Shown here: positions 29,526 to 38,516 of the stretch, piece after piece
How the letters are laid out: the number at the start of each line of letters is the position of its first letter
Numbering within the stretch: position 1 is the first letter of the stretch
DNA from: Spirochaetota bacterium
Lineage (GTDB): Bacteria; Spirochaetota; UBA4802; UBA5550
NCBI GenBank assembly: GCA_041737965.1
Contig: JBGSQT010000021.1
Coordinates: forward strand, 2,959 to 66,958
Direction of reading: 5' to 3'
Length of the DNA stretch: 64,000 nt
Program-made: the position numbers and the translations under genes
The notes under the pieces: model-generated
Seen by the model: only the letters and a program-made list of their open reading frames with translations
Database searches by the model: none
Told to the model about the DNA's origin: nothing

Positions 29526-29634
29526 TTAGTCTCTGGAGTTTTTTCTGATTATATGTTAGAGTTAAATCATAAAATAATTTATTGTATCGCCTTATATAGT
29601 AATATGAAAATGGTTAGGTTATTAGGGGTATCAA

Positions 29635-31809
29635 ATGAAAAAGGCTGTACTAGGTTTACTCATTATAATTATCATTATTTCCGCTTGCTCTTGCAATGGG
29701 CAGCATGTCGGTAGCCAGGATATGAGTAGACCACTCATATATGTAAAAAATTTAATCCAACTTAAAGATGTCTCTGCACCAGAGGCTCAAACTATTTCAG
29801 AGGAAATCGAGAAGGCGGTAATCGCATCGGGTCGCTATGAGGTAATGAGTCAATCACAAGTGAAGGAGCTGTTCAATAATGCCGAAAAGAAGCAGATATT
29901 CGGGTGTAATGCCGAAGAATGTTTACGGCAGATAATGAAAACCACCATGACCGATTATCTTCTCTATGGTACTATTAGCAAAGATGAAGGTGAGTATGCG
30001 ATTTCGGTGAATTTGATGCGTCAGAAAGAGGGGGAAACAGCCGTGGTGGATAAGACAGCCACGAAGTTTACACGATCACTCTCGACCAAATCTCTTACAA
30101 ATATCACCAAGTTATTAATTAGTACTCTTCATGGAGAGAAAGTAATAGATGATAGCTCTAAAATACTGAAGGTGCCTAAATTGGAAGGTGATTTAGTTTA
30201 TTTTATTGTAAATTCAACACCACCAGGGGGTGATTTATATATCAGTGATATAAAGAAGGGATCCACACCTCGACGTTTACTTTTGCCAGCGCTCACTTAC
30301 AAGGGAAAGATTGAGAAATTTGGATACCAAACCGCTGAATTTGATATGAACCTCCAAGATAAACATGACTATAACATTTATCTCAAGAAGGAGGTATATA
30401 CTCTCAGTATAAAGGCCGATACTGGTATGACGAATGAGATTGATATATTTGAGGGTGATTCAATTCTTGGGAAAGTCCATAAAACGGGAATTTTATTAAT
30501 AATTGAGTCAGGTGAGCACCTCCTAACATTAAAAAGTAAGGATTATGAGGAAAAGCATATCGTTGTAAACATTTCGAAATCGACTTCACTTACAGTAAAG
30601 CTCAATAAAATACCTCTTGTTATGAAGAAGGCTACTATTGATGACCTTTCAATAGTAGGAAGTAAGAAACCCTTAATTTACATAAAAAACCTTGAATTGA
30701 CAAAAGAAATATCGGCAGTGGAGGCACAGGCTGTTTCAAGCGAAATCGAGAAGGCTGTAATCGCATCGGGTCGCTATGAGGTAATGAGTCAATCTCAAGT
30801 GAAGGAGCTGTTCAATAATGCTGAAAAGAAGCAGATATTCGGGTGTAATGCCGAAGAGTGTTTACGGCAAATCATGAAAACTACCATGACTGATTATCTT
30901 ATTGTTGGGAAAATTATTAATAATGAGGGTTTATATTCCATCTCAGTAAATCTAATGCGAATGACAGAGGACGAAGTCCCGATGGTGGTGAATAATGTAG
31001 TACGGACAACAGATTCGCTTTCTACAAAATCACTTATGCTCCTTGCCAAGGAGCTGATTGAGGTTTTGCATGGAGAGAAGAAGGAGACAAAGCATGGGAC
31101 AGAAAAGGAAATTGGTGGTATGAATTTTATATATATTAAGGGAGGAACGTTTTTAATGGGATCTCCTAAGGATTGGGATCTAGGCACAGAACGCCCCCAG
31201 CACCAGGTAACCTTGAGCGGTTTTTGGATGGGGAAATATGAGGTGACTCAGAAACAATATGAAGATATCATGGAAAAGAATCCAAGCTTTTTCAACGTAT
31301 TGCTCAAGGGAAATCATCCGGTGGAAACAGTAAGTTGGGATGATGCCACCACTTTCTGTGAAAAGTTCAGTGCTAAACATGGTATAAAATCGCGACTACC
31401 CTATGAGGCTGAGTGGGAATATGCATGCCGAGCCGGGAGTACAACGGAATATTACTGGGGATCAAACATTAAGGATGATTATCTATGGCACGGTTTCAAT
31501 TCCAAAGGAAAAACCCACTCGGTTGGAGGCAAGCTTCCTAATTCCTGGGGATTGTATGATATGAACGGCAATGTAGCTGAATGGTGTATGGACTGGTACG
31601 ATCAAGATTATTATAAGGTGAGTCCAACTATTAATCCAAAGGGCCCTTCATCAGGGGTATACCGTGTTGTGCGGGGTGGGTCTTGGGAAAATAATCTCAC
31701 CATAGGTGTAATCGATTTCATATTCCGCTCGTCGTATCGAAGTCACAAATACCCGGAATACAAGGATAATAAAAGCGGGTTTAGACTCGTAATTACACCG
31801 GGTGATTAA
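29635..31809 (+). CDS. lipoprotein: 2x LpoB/CsgG-like N-domain + PEGA-like domain + C-terminal FGE/SUMF1-like domain lacking catalytic Cys
   Basis: 724-aa ORF. Lipobox IIISAC. Duplicated ~130-aa module (res ~32-160 and ~345-475). STPPGGDLYISDIKKGSTP PEGA-like segment. FGE-sulfatase fold motifs GGTFLMGS, HQVTLSGFWMGKYEVTQKQY, HPVETVSWDDA, LPYEAEWEYACRAG, WGLYDMNGNVAEW, RVVRGGSW, GFRLV. Confidence 0.85.
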   Translation: MKKAVLGLLIIIIIISACSCNGQHVGSQDMSRPLIYVKNLIQLKDVSAPEAQTISEEIEKAVIASGRYEVMSQSQVKELFNNAEKKQIFGCNAEECLRQIMKTTMTDYLLYGTISKDEGEYAISVNLMRQKEGETAVVDKTATKFTRSLSTKSLTNITKLLISTLHGEKVIDDSSKILKVPKLEGDLVYFIVNSTPPGGDLYISDIKKGSTPRRLLLPALTYKGKIEKFGYQTAEFDMNLQDKHDYNIYLKKEVYTLSIKADTGMTNEIDIFEGDSILGKVHKTGILLIIESGEHLLTLKSKDYEEKHIVVNISKSTSLTVKLNKIPLVMKKATIDDLSIVGSKKPLIYIKNLELTKEISAVEAQAVSSEIEKAVIASGRYEVMSQSQVKELFNNAEKKQIFGCNAEECLRQIMKTTMTDYLIVGKIINNEGLYSISVNLMRMTEDEVPMVVNNVVRTTDSLSTKSLMLLAKELIEVLHGEKKETKHGTEKEIGGMNFIYIKGGTFLMGSPKDWDLGTERPQHQVTLSGFWMGKYEVTQKQYEDIMEKNPSFFNVLLKGNHPVETVSWDDATTFCEKFSAKHGIKSRLPYEAEWEYACRAGSTTEYYWGSNIKDDYLWHGFNSKGKTHSVGGKLPNSWGLYDMNGNVAEWCMDWYDQDYYKVSPTINPKGPSSGVYRVVRGGSWENNLTIGVIDFIFRSSYRSHKYPEYKDNKSGFRLVITPGD
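29803..29961 (+). repeat. intragenic direct repeat copy A (pairs with 30742-30900)
   Basis: Hand alignment: 151/159 identical to 30742-30900. All 8 differences are synonymous. Offset 939 bp. Confidence 0.9.
30742..30900 (+). repeat. intragenic direct repeat copy B
   Basis: See 29803-29961. Both encode EIEKAVIASGRYEVMSQSQVKELFNNAEKKQIFGCNAEECLRQIMKTTMTDYL. Confidence 0.9.
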
Positions 31810-31939
31810 TGTTGTTTTATGATTTAATTGCTGGATTCCTTATTCACTGAGAATATACACAAGAAAACCGCGATGATCCATCTGCTACGGAGTGGAACTC
31901 TATCGACAGAAAATGCATGGATAACCAAAGGAGTCAATT

Positions 31940-33421
31940 ATGAATAGTAGCTCTTTATTAGATTTTTTCTTACTATCGTTTTTAATACTGTTTATGAGTT
32001 GTACTTCAAGTTTATCTCGTGAGGAGATAGGTGTTGACGTAAACGAGAAACCACTTATCTATGTAAAAAATCTAATCTCTACCAAAGGGGTGAGTCCAGA
32101 AGAAACGAATATCATTTCCAGTGAGATAGAAAAAGCGGTGATTTCTTGCGGCCGCTACGAGGTTATGAGTCAATCTCAGGTGAATGAGCTCTTTAAAGCC
32201 GCAGAGCAGAAACAGCTCTTAGGTTGTAACGCAGAAGAGTGCCTCCGGAAGATTATGAAATCCACCATGACCGATTACCTGCTCTACGGCTCCATCAGTA
32301 AAGACGAGGGGGAGTATGCAATTTCAGTGAATCTAATCCGTCAGAAAGAGGGAGAAACCTTTGTGGTGGAGAAGACAGCCACGAAGTTTTCGCGCTCGCT
32401 CTCATCCAAATATTTAACGAGCATTGCACAAGAAATCATTAAGGATCTTCGTGGCGATAAGAACGATATAAGTATGATAACATCTGATGATGATTCAGAC
32501 GTCCTTATTGAAGTCAATGTCAAATCAACGCCACCTGGTGCCAAACTTTATATAAACGAAGTATTGAAAGGAGAAACTCCACTAATAATCCGAATGCCAG
32601 CATTTAAATACCAAGGGAAATTAGCTTATACTGGATACATCTTAAACAAGTTTGATATATCTATCCCACAAAAGATTGATTATTACATCAGCCTTGAAAA
32701 GGTATCCAACCAATTACTAAAGACTAAAAAAATTGGAGATATGGATTTTATTTATATTCCTGGTGGATTATTTGTTATGGGTTCAAAAATAAAAACAGGA
32801 AAATGGGTTATTGATGATGTTGTTCCTGAACATGAAGTAACACTTGATAGTTTTTGGATGGGGAAATATGAGGTGACTCAGAAACAATATGAAGATATCA
32901 TGGGAACAAATCCAAGTCATTTCCAGGGAGATCCAAAACTACCGGTTGAGAGGGTAAGTTGGAATAATGCAATGGCTTTTTGTAAAAAATTCAGCGCCAA
33001 GCATGGTATTGAAGTGCGCCTGCCCTATGAGGCCGAGTGGGAATATGCCTGCCGCGCCGGGAGCACAACGGAATATTACTGGGGAGATACAATCGATGGA
33101 GATTACCTTTGGTGGGATGACAATTCAGGATACAGAACTCATCCAGTTGGTAATAAACTCCCGAATGCATGGGGGCTTTACGATATCATTGGTAATGTAG
33201 CGGAATGGTGTATGGACTGGTATGATAAAGACTATTATAAGGTGAGTCCAAATATTAATCCCAAGGGACCTACAGCGGGGAAATCCCGTGTTGTGCGTGA
33301 CGTTTTGCGGTACAATGACGTTGGTAAATCATGCTTCCGCTCGTGGGGCCGTTACTTTGACCACCCGAATTACGCGAGCTATTGGTACGGGTTTCGCTTG
33401 GTGGTTTCACCCGGAGAATAA
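31940..33421 (+). CDS. lipoprotein paralogue: 1x LpoB/CsgG-like N-domain + PEGA-like + divergent FGE/SUMF1-like domain
   Basis: 493-aa ORF. Lipobox LFMSC. Same architecture as 29635..31809 with one N-module. Shares a 53-bp identical stretch with it (31221-31273 = 32851-32903). The RGGSW motif is replaced by RDVLRYND. Confidence 0.85.
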   Translation: MNSSSLLDFFLLSFLILFMSCTSSLSREEIGVDVNEKPLIYVKNLISTKGVSPEETNIISSEIEKAVISCGRYEVMSQSQVNELFKAAEQKQLLGCNAEECLRKIMKSTMTDYLLYGSISKDEGEYAISVNLIRQKEGETFVVEKTATKFSRSLSSKYLTSIAQEIIKDLRGDKNDISMITSDDDSDVLIEVNVKSTPPGAKLYINEVLKGETPLIIRMPAFKYQGKLAYTGYILNKFDISIPQKIDYYISLEKVSNQLLKTKKIGDMDFIYIPGGLFVMGSKIKTGKWVIDDVVPEHEVTLDSFWMGKYEVTQKQYEDIMGTNPSHFQGDPKLPVERVSWNNAMAFCKKFSAKHGIEVRLPYEAEWEYACRAGSTTEYYWGDTIDGDYLWWDDNSGYRTHPVGNKLPNAWGLYDIIGNVAEWCMDWYDKDYYKVSPNINPKGPTAGKSRVVRDVLRYNDVGKSCFRSWGRYFDHPNYASYWYGFRLVVSPGE

Positions 33422-34088
33422 TGATGTGGTTTAACTGCGCAACTGATTTATAGTTTACTATACAACTCGAAGAGTTTAATACATTTGATCATAATTACTG
33501 TGGATTCTTAATTGTCTTAAGAGTTGTTATAATAGACCTACATCACCATAAGCGGTTTAAATTAAAAAGCAGTAATAAAATACTCAAATAAAGCAAGTGA
33601 CCATTTTTAGATGATATGAAGTCTGGAAGTAATATTATGCAGGAGCGACGAGTGTTGCGGTGCGATGAGATCGCCATGTAGACTGTCACCGCCTGCCGAA
33701 TTACCGAAATCAAGAAGAGACGATCTGTTGATTATTTGTTGAGTAAATGTTAAAAAATAGACTAAAACAACTGAGGATCAAACAACTGAGATAATAATGT
33801 TTGATCTGCTGAAGAATTATCTAATGCCTGACGAATTATAGTCGGATTCCTTGGAATTTTTCTGGAAATTTCCTTGCATTTTCTGTGCATTATCAAACAC
33901 ATCTAAAGAATTCTTAGATAACTTTCGTTTTTCAGCAAAAATTCAGTAAAAATTCAGCATATCACTGACTCTTCTTCCTTCATTCGATTGTACAAAAAGT
34001 GATTTACATACATGCTCTAATATTAGAAATATTGTATAGTCATATATTGATTATACTTTAAAACGATATTCAAGCTCCAGCAATATAA

Positions 34089-36482
34089 ATGAACAAGAAA
34101 GCCCTCAGTGAACGCGATATCTGCACCAAGTTTATCATACCTGCCATAAAAGACGCTGGCTGGAACATCGACACACAGTTAAGGGAAGAAGTCTCCTTTA
34201 CCGACGGGCGCATCTATGTGAAGGGGAATAAAACCGCGCGCGGTGAAAAGAAGCGCGCCGATATCATCCTGTACTATAAGCCGAACATCCCGGTTGCGGT
34301 CATTGAAGCGAAGGATAACAATCACTCTGTCGGCGCCGGGATGCAGCAGGCGCTGCACTATGCGGAAATGATGGATATCCCTGTTGTCTATAGCTCCAAC
34401 GGTGATGGCTTTCTGGAGCACGATAAAACGAATGCTACCGGTAAGGTCGAGCAGGAGCTTGGCCTGGACCGTTTCCCCTCGCCGGAGGAGCTCTGGAAGC
34501 GTTATAAGCGGTATAAAGGGATAGAAACACCGGATCAGGAACACATCGCCTCCCACGATTACTTTTTCGATGGAAGCGGCAGAAAGCCCCGGTACTACCA
34601 GCAGAACGCCATCAACAGGGCCGTGGAGGCCATTGCAAAGCAGCAGAAGCGGATTCTCCTGGTGATGGCCACCGGCACGGGAAAGACCTATGTGGCTTTT
34701 CAGATCATCTATCGGCTCTGGAAGAGCGGGAGAGCGAAGCGGATACTGTTTCTTGCCGACAGGAACGCCCTTATCAATCAGACCAAACGGGGCGACTTCA
34801 AGCACTTCAAAGACCGCATGACGGTGATCCGCAAGAAGCAGATAGACAAGGCCTACGAGATATACCTGGCGCTGTACCAGGGGCTGACGGAGTACGATGA
34901 GGACAGGGACGCGTACCGGGAGTTCAGTCCCGATTTCTTTGATCTCATCGTCGTGGACGAGTGCCACCGGGGAAGCGCGGCCGCGGACAGTGCCTGGCGG
35001 GAGATACTGCAATACTTTACCAGCGCTACACAGATCGGTCTTACGGCGACTCCCAGGGAGACGAAAGACATATCGAACATCGAATACTTTGGTGAACCAA
35101 TTTACACCTATTCGTTGAAACAGGGCATCGAGGATGGATTCCTTGCACCCTATAAGGTTATCCGTGTGGGGGTGAATGTCGATCTTGAAGGCTGGCGGCC
35201 CGAAATCGGCAAAAAGGATAAAGAAGGGAATACCATCGAAGACCGTGTGTATAATGCCAAAGATTACGACAGGAACCTCGTCATTGAAGAGAGAACGCTT
35301 TTAGTGGCCCGCAAGGTGACGGAGTTCCTTAAAAAGACCGACCGGTTCGATAAAACCATTATCTTCTGCGTGGATATCGAACATGCCGAGAGAATGCGGC
35401 AGGCCCTGGCCAATGAGAACAGCGACCTGGTACAGATCAATTACAAGTATATCATGCGTATCACCGGCGACGAAGAAGAGGGGAAACGGGAGCTCGATAA
35501 CTTTATCAACCCTGAGGAGCGGTATCCGGTTATCGCCACCACCTCGAAGCTCATGACCACCGGCGTTGACGCGCAGACGTGCAAGCTCATCGTGCTGGAC
35601 AGCGTGATCAATTCCATGACCGAGTTCAAGCAGATCATCGGGCGCGGTACCCGCATCAACGAGGAATACGGGAAAAGTTATTTCACCATCATGGACTTCC
35701 GCAACGTGACGGACCTCTTTGCTGATCCTGCCTTCGACGGCGATCCTGTCATGGTGAAGCAGGTGAGGGGAGATGCCCCGCTTACCGATGAGGATATCAA
35801 TCCCGAAATGGATGGTGATATCATCGACAGTGAAACCGGCAAGCCCATTGATTTCACCGAGTACCAAGAGAGCAGCGGGAAGGCCGAGGTGATCGCCGAT
35901 GGTGACGGCCCCAGGGCCCAGGGCAAGATATATGTCGCCGGTATCGACGTATCAATCCTGAATGAACGGGTACAGCACCTGGACGGGAATGGCAAGCTCA
36001 TTACCGAAAGCCTCAGGGACTACACGAAGCGCACCATACTAAAGGAATTCCGGTCCCTCAAGGATTTCCTCACTAAATGGAATACGGCAGATAAGAAAAA
36101 GGCGATCATCGATGAACTGGAGGAGCACGGGGTCATCCATGAAAACCTCAGGGAAGAGGTGCAGAAAGACCTGGATATCTTCGACCTCATCTGCCATGTG
36201 GCGTGGGACATGCCTGCCCTGACGAGACGAGAACGGGCTGATAACGTGAAGAAGAGGAACTACTTCACGAAATACGGCGACAAGGCCCGCCTGGTCATCC
36301 AGGCGCTGCTGGACAAGTATGCCGACGAAGGCATCGAGAATATCGAGGACCTGTCGGTGCTGAAGATTGAACCATTTACCGCCATGGGTACCCCGGCGGA
36401 AATAGTTTCGATCTTTGGTGGCAAAGAGGCGTATTTGAAAGCGATCAAAGAACTTGAACAAGAGATCTATAGAGCCGCCTGA
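34089..36482 (+). CDS. hsdR: Type I restriction enzyme R subunit (EcoAI/EcoEI, type IB-like)
   Basis: 797-aa ORF. N-terminal nuclease ..RADIILYYKPNIPVAVIEAKD.. (D...ExK). SF2 motor LLVMATGTGKT (Walker A) and VVDECHRGS (DEAH box). C-terminal EcoEI_R_C-like tail. Confidence 0.92.
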   Translation: MNKKALSERDICTKFIIPAIKDAGWNIDTQLREEVSFTDGRIYVKGNKTARGEKKRADIILYYKPNIPVAVIEAKDNNHSVGAGMQQALHYAEMMDIPVVYSSNGDGFLEHDKTNATGKVEQELGLDRFPSPEELWKRYKRYKGIETPDQEHIASHDYFFDGSGRKPRYYQQNAINRAVEAIAKQQKRILLVMATGTGKTYVAFQIIYRLWKSGRAKRILFLADRNALINQTKRGDFKHFKDRMTVIRKKQIDKAYEIYLALYQGLTEYDEDRDAYREFSPDFFDLIVVDECHRGSAAADSAWREILQYFTSATQIGLTATPRETKDISNIEYFGEPIYTYSLKQGIEDGFLAPYKVIRVGVNVDLEGWRPEIGKKDKEGNTIEDRVYNAKDYDRNLVIEERTLLVARKVTEFLKKTDRFDKTIIFCVDIEHAERMRQALANENSDLVQINYKYIMRITGDEEEGKRELDNFINPEERYPVIATTSKLMTTGVDAQTCKLIVLDSVINSMTEFKQIIGRGTRINEEYGKSYFTIMDFRNVTDLFADPAFDGDPVMVKQVRGDAPLTDEDINPEMDGDIIDSETGKPIDFTEYQESSGKAEVIADGDGPRAQGKIYVAGIDVSILNERVQHLDGNGKLITESLRDYTKRTILKEFRSLKDFLTKWNTADKKKAIIDELEEHGVIHENLREEVQKDLDIFDLICHVAWDMPALTRRERADNVKKRNYFTKYGDKARLVIQALLDKYADEGIENIEDLSVLKIEPFTAMGTPAEIVSIFGGKEAYLKAIKELEQEIYRAA

Positions 36483-36877
36483 TGAAACCACGAATGGACA
36501 CGAATACACACGAATTGATTTACAAGGAAGAAGTTTATGAAATTGTCAATGCGGCGATGGAGGTTTTGAACACACTCGGTCATGGTCTGTTTGAAAAGGT
36601 GTATGAGAATGCATTGGTTGTCGAAATAAAAAGACGTGGCATATCTATCGATCAACAGAAGCGTTTTGATGTAATCTATAAAGACGAGCTCGTCGGAGAA
36701 TATATGCCTGATCTGATAGTGTACGATCGCATCATACTCGAAATAAAAACAATTGACACGATTACCAATCATGAGAGGGGGCAGGTCATTAACTATCTCC
36801 GGTTGACCGGCTTGAAACTTGGATTAATACTTAATTTTAAAAAGGCAAAGCTTGAATGGGAGCGAATTGTATTATAA
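36482..36877 (+). CDS. GxxExxY family protein (PD-(D/E)xK-fold) inserted between hsdR and hsdM
   Basis: 131-aa ORF. GHGLFEKVYENAL (GxxExxY motif), ..PDLIVYDRIILEIKT.. (D...ExK). ATG overlaps the hsdR stop (TGATG at 36480-36484). The N-terminus MKPRMDTNTHE is encoded by CACGAAT repeats. Confidence 0.88.
   Translation: MKPRMDTNTHELIYKEEVYEIVNAAMEVLNTLGHGLFEKVYENALVVEIKRRGISIDQQKRFDVIYKDELVGEYMPDLIVYDRIILEIKTIDTITNHERGQVINYLRLTGLKLGLILNFKKAKLEWERIVL
36489..36515. repeat. CACGAAT x3 (10-bp period), left arm of GxxExxY cassette
   Basis: cacgaat at 36489, 36499 and 36509. Confidence 0.85.
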
Positions 36878-36883
36878 AACCAT

Positions 36884-36910
36884 ATTCGTGCTCATTCGTG
36901 TTAATTAGTG
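36884..36910. repeat. ATTCGTG x2(+1 degenerate), inverted right arm of GxxExxY cassette
   Basis: attcgtg at 36884 and 36894, attagtg at 36904. Reverse complement of the left-arm motif with the same 10-bp period. Lies just after the GxxExxY stop. Confidence 0.8.
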
Positions 36911-36922
36911 GTTATTGCTTAT

Positions 36923-38356
36923 ATGAAAAACATCGGTAGTATCATCAAGTCATTACAGAACATCATGCGCAAGGACCCGGGCGTATCCGGCGACGCCCAG
37001 CGCATCGAGCAACTGGGCTGGCTCATCTCCCTGAAGATACTGGACGACAAGGACAAGGAGTTGGAGCTCATCAACGATTCCTACGCGTCGCCGATCCCGG
37101 AGGAACTGCGGTGGAGGAACTGGGCGGCGAACGACGAGGGGATGACCGGCGACGAGCTGAAGAACTTCATCGACGGCAAACTATTCCCGAAGCTCAAGAA
37201 CCTCGACGTGAGCACCGGCAACAAGCGGGCCCTCATCATCCGGGAGATCTTCGAGGGGACCAACAACTACATGAAAAACGGCACCGTCATCCGCCAGGTG
37301 CTGAACCAGCTCAACCAGATCGACTTCAATATCTCCGAAGACCGGCACATGTTCGGCGACATGTATGAAACCATCCTCCGGGACCTGCAGAGCGCCGGAA
37401 ATTACGGTGAATTCTACACCCCCCGGGCGATCACCGACATCATGACCGAGCTCGTCAATCCCCGGCTGGGCGAGAAGGTGCTGGACCCCGCCTGCGGCAC
37501 CGGGGGCTTCCTCACCAGCGCCATCGAGAACATCCGACGGCAGGACGTGAAGGGCGTCGACGACCTGAAAACGCTGGAAGCCACCATCCACGGCATGGAA
37601 TTCAAGCCCCTGCCGTTCATGCTGGCGGTGACCAACCTCATCCTCCACGACATCGAAGTGCCCAACATCGATTATACCGACAGCCTGAACCGGGAATACA
37701 CCGGCATCGGCCAGAAGGACCGGGTGGACGTGATCCTGGCCAACCCGCCCTTCGGCGCGTCCGTAACCGACGGCGCTGAGACCAACTTTCCCCAGAACTA
37801 CCGCACCACGGAAAGTGCGGACCTGTTCCTGGTGCTCATGATCCGCTACCTGAAAGAGGGTGGCCGCGCGGCGATCGTGCTGCCCGACGGGTCGCTCACC
37901 GGCGACGGGGTGAAGCAGCGCATACGCCAGCATTTCCTGGAGAGCTGTAACCTCCATACGATCGTGCGTCTGCCCAATTCGGTGTTCCAGCCCTACGCGA
38001 GCGTGGCGACGAATCTGCTTTTCTTCATCAAGGGCGAGCCGACTAAAGAGATCTGGTACTGGGAGCACAAACTTCCCGAAGGAGTTAAGGCATATTCCAA
38101 GACGAAGCCGATACAGAAAAGCGAGTTTGAGAACCTGAAAAAGTGGTGGAAGAAGCGGAAAGAGAGCGAGCTGGCCTGGAAGGTATCGATAAAGACAATT
38201 GCTGAGAATGGATATACTCTTGATATAAAAAATCCCCATACGCCGGAGGCGGAGCATACATACTCAAGTAAAGAATTATTGTCTATGCTTCATGATTCTT
38301 TCAGGAAGAGTGATGAGTTGTTGGGTAAGTTGAAGAAGGAACTGACTGAGAGATAA
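36923..38356 (+). CDS. hsdM: Type I R-M N6-adenine DNA methyltransferase subunit
   Basis: ORF 36908..38356 (GTG). ATG at 36923 preferred. SAM motif VLDPACGTGGFL, catalytic ILANPPFGAS, HsdM N-terminal helical domain. Confidence 0.92.
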   Translation: MKNIGSIIKSLQNIMRKDPGVSGDAQRIEQLGWLISLKILDDKDKELELINDSYASPIPEELRWRNWAANDEGMTGDELKNFIDGKLFPKLKNLDVSTGNKRALIIREIFEGTNNYMKNGTVIRQVLNQLNQIDFNISEDRHMFGDMYETILRDLQSAGNYGEFYTPRAITDIMTELVNPRLGEKVLDPACGTGGFLTSAIENIRRQDVKGVDDLKTLEATIHGMEFKPLPFMLAVTNLILHDIEVPNIDYTDSLNREYTGIGQKDRVDVILANPPFGASVTDGAETNFPQNYRTTESADLFLVLMIRYLKEGGRAAIVLPDGSLTGDGVKQRIRQHFLESCNLHTIVRLPNSVFQPYASVATNLLFFIKGEPTKEIWYWEHKLPEGVKAYSKTKPIQKSEFENLKKWWKKRKESELAWKVSIKTIAENGYTLDIKNPHTPEAEHTYSSKELLSMLHDSFRKSDELLGKLKKELTER

Positions 38357-38478
38357 TGGTTCTCGCAAAGAACGCGAAGGTCGCAAAGATAAAGCAATAT
38401 CCTTTCTTCGCGTACTTTGCTGTCTTTGCGTGAAATATAAAATGTCACATAGACTACGCAGAGAGCGCAGAGGAGAAC

Positions 38479-38505
38479 CACGAATGGACACAAATGGACA
38501 CGAAT
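38479..38505. repeat. solo third copy of the CACGAAT-type arm in the hsdM-hsdS spacer
   Basis: aaccacgaatggacacaaatggacacgaat, compared with aaccacgaatggacacgaatacacacgaat at 36486-36515. Same orientation as the left arm. Confidence 0.8.
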
Positions 38506-38516
38506 AAGGATTTATA

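Noticed and set aside
33640-33710. GC-richer patch in the FGE-hsdR intergenic region, and short direct repeats (aaacaactgag x2 at ~33767-33795; aaaaattcag x2 at ~33935-33960)
   Set aside because: Too short and isolated to interpret. No ORF, hairpin or known motif. Possibly promoter-region debris.
37181-38257. 358-aa minus-strand ORF
   Set aside because: Antisense to hsdM, which carries the DPACGTGGF and NPPF motifs. The product is Gly/His/Val/Arg-rich shadow.
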